This document shows, piece by piece, positions 60,820-64,000 of a stretch of DNA of 64,000 bases. Below the pieces are notes generated by a model, which worked only from the letters and a program-made list of their open reading frames with translations, did no database searches and had not been told where the DNA came from. The translations under genes were made by a program, and so were the position numbers. The stretch comes from an uncultured Planctomycetaceae bacterium (GTDB lineage Bacteria > Planctomycetota > Planctomycetia > Planctomycetales > Planctomycetaceae). The stretch lies in NCBI GenBank assembly GCA_963976765.1, contig CAXBME010000020.1, positions 1-64,000 of the forward strand, written 5' to 3'. The first letter of the stretch is position 1, and each line of letters opens with the position of its first letter.

Positions 60820-63800
60820 TCAATGCTTCTTCGCGTGGTGCGGCATCAGTGTTGTGCGATAGGCCTGAAGCGGGCGGAGCAGTGATTTTTCCAGGGCCAG
60901 GCGGCGGGCCTGCCATTGTTCGGTTGTGTAGCCGCGAGCGTCGTTCAGGTTTGCGAGTTCGGCGAATGCATTGTCGATTGCCGAGATGCTTTTCTCGATA
61001 TCGTTGAGGACGATCTTCGTTGATCCCGGTGACTTTTCTCCGCGGTTGTGCCAGCGGTCGTGGAGAACCTGCAACAATGCATCCAACTGGTCGGCGCGGT
61101 CGGCATCGCTGGGGATTGCTTCAGGGTGTGTGCAGATCAGTTCGATGGAAGCGACGACGTTGCGGACTGCCTGGTCGCTGCTCGACGTGAAATAAATTCT
61201 GTGTAGCCGGTGTCGAAGTTCGATTTCGAAATTCTCTTCGCGGTTTCGGGTGGCCAGCTCGGCCAGCTCCTGATGCAGGAAAAGGCTGATCAACGGGTCG
61301 TGCGGCGCTGCGAACTCTTCAATGGCCAACAGGTCTGCAGGGCCAGGCTTTTTCTGCCTGGCTGCGTTGCCGAGTGTCGTGAAGTAGTCAACCCGGCGTT
61401 TCTCACTTTCCTGCAGTTCGTGCAAAGGCTCTTCGCCTTTAACCTGGACAAGTTCAGCCTGTGGAGTCTGCTTCAGACGCTCTTTAACAGCCCGGCGGTA
61501 GTACCAGTATTCATCAGGGTGTTCGTGAATCAGCTCCTGTTGCTGGGTCAGTTCGGCCAGTCGATTGCTGACTGTTTTAGCGTACGCATCCGGGCCAATC
61601 GTGAACTGCATCGTCTGGGCGACAGGTCCAAGCTTCTCCATGATCGCGGCGTATTTGTTGTCCCAGCGCATGATCTCCCATGGAAGAAGGCACGTCAGGC
61701 GGCTGGTTGATACGTCAGACACCTGCCCGCGAGTCGTTCCAAAGGCGGTCGACAGACCCTCGTCGGTGTAGATCGAAAGACGCAGCGGCGTGCTCCAGTC
61801 CCAGCCGGTTTGCGCGAGAGCGTATCTCACATTCGGGCGCTGAAGTCGTTCGACCATTCCTGGACGAATAATTCCGGCAGGACTGTTTGTGGCGATAAGC
61901 AGCAGCTTTCCAGGAGCAATCTCAATGGCGGCAACCTGCGAGAAGACTGACTGCCAGGTGGCGACAATGATCTGTAACGCGTCCGGGCCAAAGTCGGCAT
62001 AGTCAAGCGGTTGACAAAAAAGGCCTTCTTCGCGCAACGCACTGGATGCCGTTCTCAGAAATTCGGTGGTTATCGACGACGCTGCAGCAGGAACACCCTG
62101 CTGGTCAGATGAAGCGATAATGATGTCTGCTTCGGCAGGCGAAGTTCGCAACTTCAAAAGTGGTTCGGTCGTCTGGAGCGTGACTCGTGAATCGTCCAGT
62201 GGGTTGTGCATCATTCGCTTGAATACATGCTCTGTTACTGCATCGATCGCTTTCTGGTCGGGTTCGGTGCAGACGATCGATTCAAGCGGGAAGGTAATGC
62301 TTGTTTGAAGAACGGCTCCCGATCGAATGCCAAGCAGCAGCACTCGGGTTGGTCCTTCATGCATGACCATTGGCAGGATGGCCTGTAGTGACTCAGCCGA
62401 CGGTTGAGTGCAGATCGCGGTGTCGCAACTGACCGACGAAACCGGCAGTCCCGACTTTCGAACCTGAACCTGCTGCCCTCGATACCGCCAGAAGGTCATT
62501 GTGCCGTCGTGAGTTTCGGCTGTGGCGATGCAGCGGCCTTCGTCCAGGTGAGGAAGAATGTCGCTTCTGGCTTCGTGCTGATGAGCAACGAAGACAGCCG
62601 TGTCGAACAGCAGTTTGGCAGAAATCTTTGGATCAAAACGATGAGCCAGAAATGGACCAGCCATGACGACAACACAGCAGATGGCCAGCGTCGGACGGAC
62701 GATTGCCCGCGTCGATTCGTGCCAGATAATGGACGCCACCCCTGAAACGGCCAGAATTGTTGAAGCGACTACGATGATCGTTGGAATGCTGACCTGTCCG
62801 ATGAGCAGCCAATGGAAGCTTGACCATCCGAGCGTCATTGCTGCGACAAGCGTTACGATTGCGCCGCTGCCGAGAGCTGCTTTGTCAGGTGACGTTGTAC
62901 GATTTCCGGGCCATGCGAGGGCGGCTCCGGTCACCAGTCCCACGGGGGTCATACAGACGGCAAACACGAAGGCTCGAATTGTCCCGGCGAGCAGGATGGA
63001 AGGCACGCTTGAGTTTACAGCAAGGCACAGACTCACGATTGTCGGCCATAAGAAAAGCTGTACGACGGACCAGGCGGCTGCAATCAGCAGCAGGCTGGCT
63101 GTTGACGTTTTCGACGTTCTGGTCTGGTTCCATGCGAAACAGGCAGTGACGATCACGGTCGCGCTTTGTACGACCAGTTGCCACGCAGATGCGAAGAACA
63201 GCTGCCCACTGACACGGCTCAGCGAGGCGAAAAGAATTCCGCTCACAATGGCGAGCACGATGACCAATGCGAGTCTGGTAAGCGACCAATCGGTTGGTCC
63301 TGCAGGCTCGACCGATTGGGGGGGCGTCTGCGGCGAGTTTTCTTCCTCGTCGTTATTTTTTGTCACGGTCTGGTGAATTCGAAACGCGATGGTCAATTCG
63401 GTGGCGGAGCCGGTAATACCTATACACAAAGCAAGTAACGCGACTGCGCTCAAGCCCAACGTTCCGGACAGAGTTGTCATGGCGACTGCTGCTGAAATCG
63501 CGGCGATGCTGAGCTTACGGCTACCAGAAATTCCGACTCCTGCTGATTCTGATCGGGCTGCGAAGTGGGTGAAGAGAATTGTGAGGGAGAGAAACGGAAC
63601 AAACCAGGATGCCATGACTCCGCCGAAAAGGACCGTAATCTGCCCGGTTGTCGTATCAGGCAGATTCTGGCCGGACAGCAGGTCGATTGCCTCCCATCCC
63701 GTCGTGTAAAAGAGTCCCGGGAAAAGCACGGTCGCGGCAATAATCGTCTGCAGGGCGATCAGCAGGCTGGTTTGTTGAGCCGGTGATTTTGATAATTGGC

Positions 63801-63999
63801 TTCTGCCCAGCCATACTGATGCCGCGATACCGATCGAAAGCGTCAGCAGACCAGCCAGTGTGACAGCTGTCTGACTGAAGAGCGACGTCCCGAAACCGGC
63901 AAGCGCTTGCTGAATCCAGCACATGGCGAGAATGCCGCAAGCAGAACTCGTCAGGGCGGCGGCGGTTCGATCGTTCGTGAATCGCGCAGAGATTCGACT
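60820..63999 (-). CDS. Multi-TM membrane protein fused to a degenerate spermidine-synthase-like methyltransferase domain (5' end outside the window)
   Basis: The frame is open to the window edge. About 12 TM segments, then PTRVLLLGIRSG, DSRVTL and TTEFLRTASSALREEGLFCQ. Confidence 0.7.
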   Translation of the reverse strand, partial: SRISARFTNDRTAAALTSSACGILAMCWIQQALAGFGTSLFSQTAVTLAGLLTLSIGIAASVWLGRSQLSKSPAQQTSLLIALQTIIAATVLFPGLFYTTGWEAIDLLSGQNLPDTTTGQITVLFGGVMASWFVPFLSLTILFTHFAARSESAGVGISGSRKLSIAAISAAVAMTTLSGTLGLSAVALLALCIGITGSATELTIAFRIHQTVTKNNDEEENSPQTPPQSVEPAGPTDWSLTRLALVIVLAIVSGILFASLSRVSGQLFFASAWQLVVQSATVIVTACFAWNQTRTSKTSTASLLLIAAAWSVVQLFLWPTIVSLCLAVNSSVPSILLAGTIRAFVFAVCMTPVGLVTGAALAWPGNRTTSPDKAALGSGAIVTLVAAMTLGWSSFHWLLIGQVSIPTIIVVASTILAVSGVASIIWHESTRAIVRPTLAICCVVVMAGPFLAHRFDPKISAKLLFDTAVFVAHQHEARSDILPHLDEGRCIATAETHDGTMTFWRYRGQQVQVRKSGLPVSSVSCDTAICTQPSAESLQAILPMVMHEGPTRVLLLGIRSGAVLQTSITFPLESIVCTEPDQKAIDAVTEHVFKRMMHNPLDDSRVTLQTTEPLLKLRTSPAEADIIIASSDQQGVPAAASSITTEFLRTASSALREEGLFCQPLDYADFGPDALQIIVATWQSVFSQVAAIEIAPGKLLLIATNSPAGIIRPGMVERLQRPNVRYALAQTGWDWSTPLRLSIYTDEGLSTAFGTTRGQVSDVSTSRLTCLLPWEIMRWDNKYAAIMEKLGPVAQTMQFTIGPDAYAKTVSNRLAELTQQQELIHEHPDEYWYYRRAVKERLKQTPQAELVQVKGEEPLHELQESEKRRVDYFTTLGNAARQKKPGPADLLAIEEFAAPHDPLISLFLHQELAELATRNREENFEIELRHRLHRIYFTSSSDQAVRNVVASIELICTHPEAIPSDADRADQLDALLQVLHDRWHNRGEKSPGSTKIVLNDIEKSISAIDNAFAELANLNDARGYTTEQWQARRLALEKSLLRPLQAYRTTLMPHHAKKH

Positions 64000-64000
64000 C

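Overview
Chromosomal segment of a Planctomycetota bacterium, probably Planctomycetaceae-like. The assignment is inferred from the LEDRTLL extracellular motif, an MfnD-like ATP-grasp gene and the types of intergenic repeat. Layout: (1) 1-982, three nested and broken IS3-family elements. (2) 980-13835, a minus-strand Wzm/Wzt surface-polysaccharide cluster with a fused WbpB-WbpD-like enzyme, a WbpE-like aminotransferase, three glycosyltransferases and two methyltransferases. (3) 14.7-35.0 kb, mostly core genes (ParA-like ATPase, ECF sigma, lgt, panC, LOG, STAS, xseA, nadK, gmd, ATP-grasp). This block hides two notable loci: a UGA-recoded ArsC/glutaredoxin-like selenoprotein that the ORF track misses (22707-23051, UxxC motif plus SECIS-like hairpin), and a volactin-like actin translationally coupled to a large single-pass membrane protein (26423-29973). 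(4) 35.3-49.0 kb, an accessory region that begins at a tRNA 3'-half remnant and carries a 2487-aa propeller/RTX/FG-GAP surface protein, glycan-active enzymes and several gene scraps. (5) 49.1-64 kb, uup, an LptF/G permease, an LRR protein, an iron-type ABC transporter and a 5'-truncated membrane/spermidine-synthase-like gene. No CRISPR array, rRNA or intact tRNA was seen. Family assignments come from motif recognition by eye, not from database searches.
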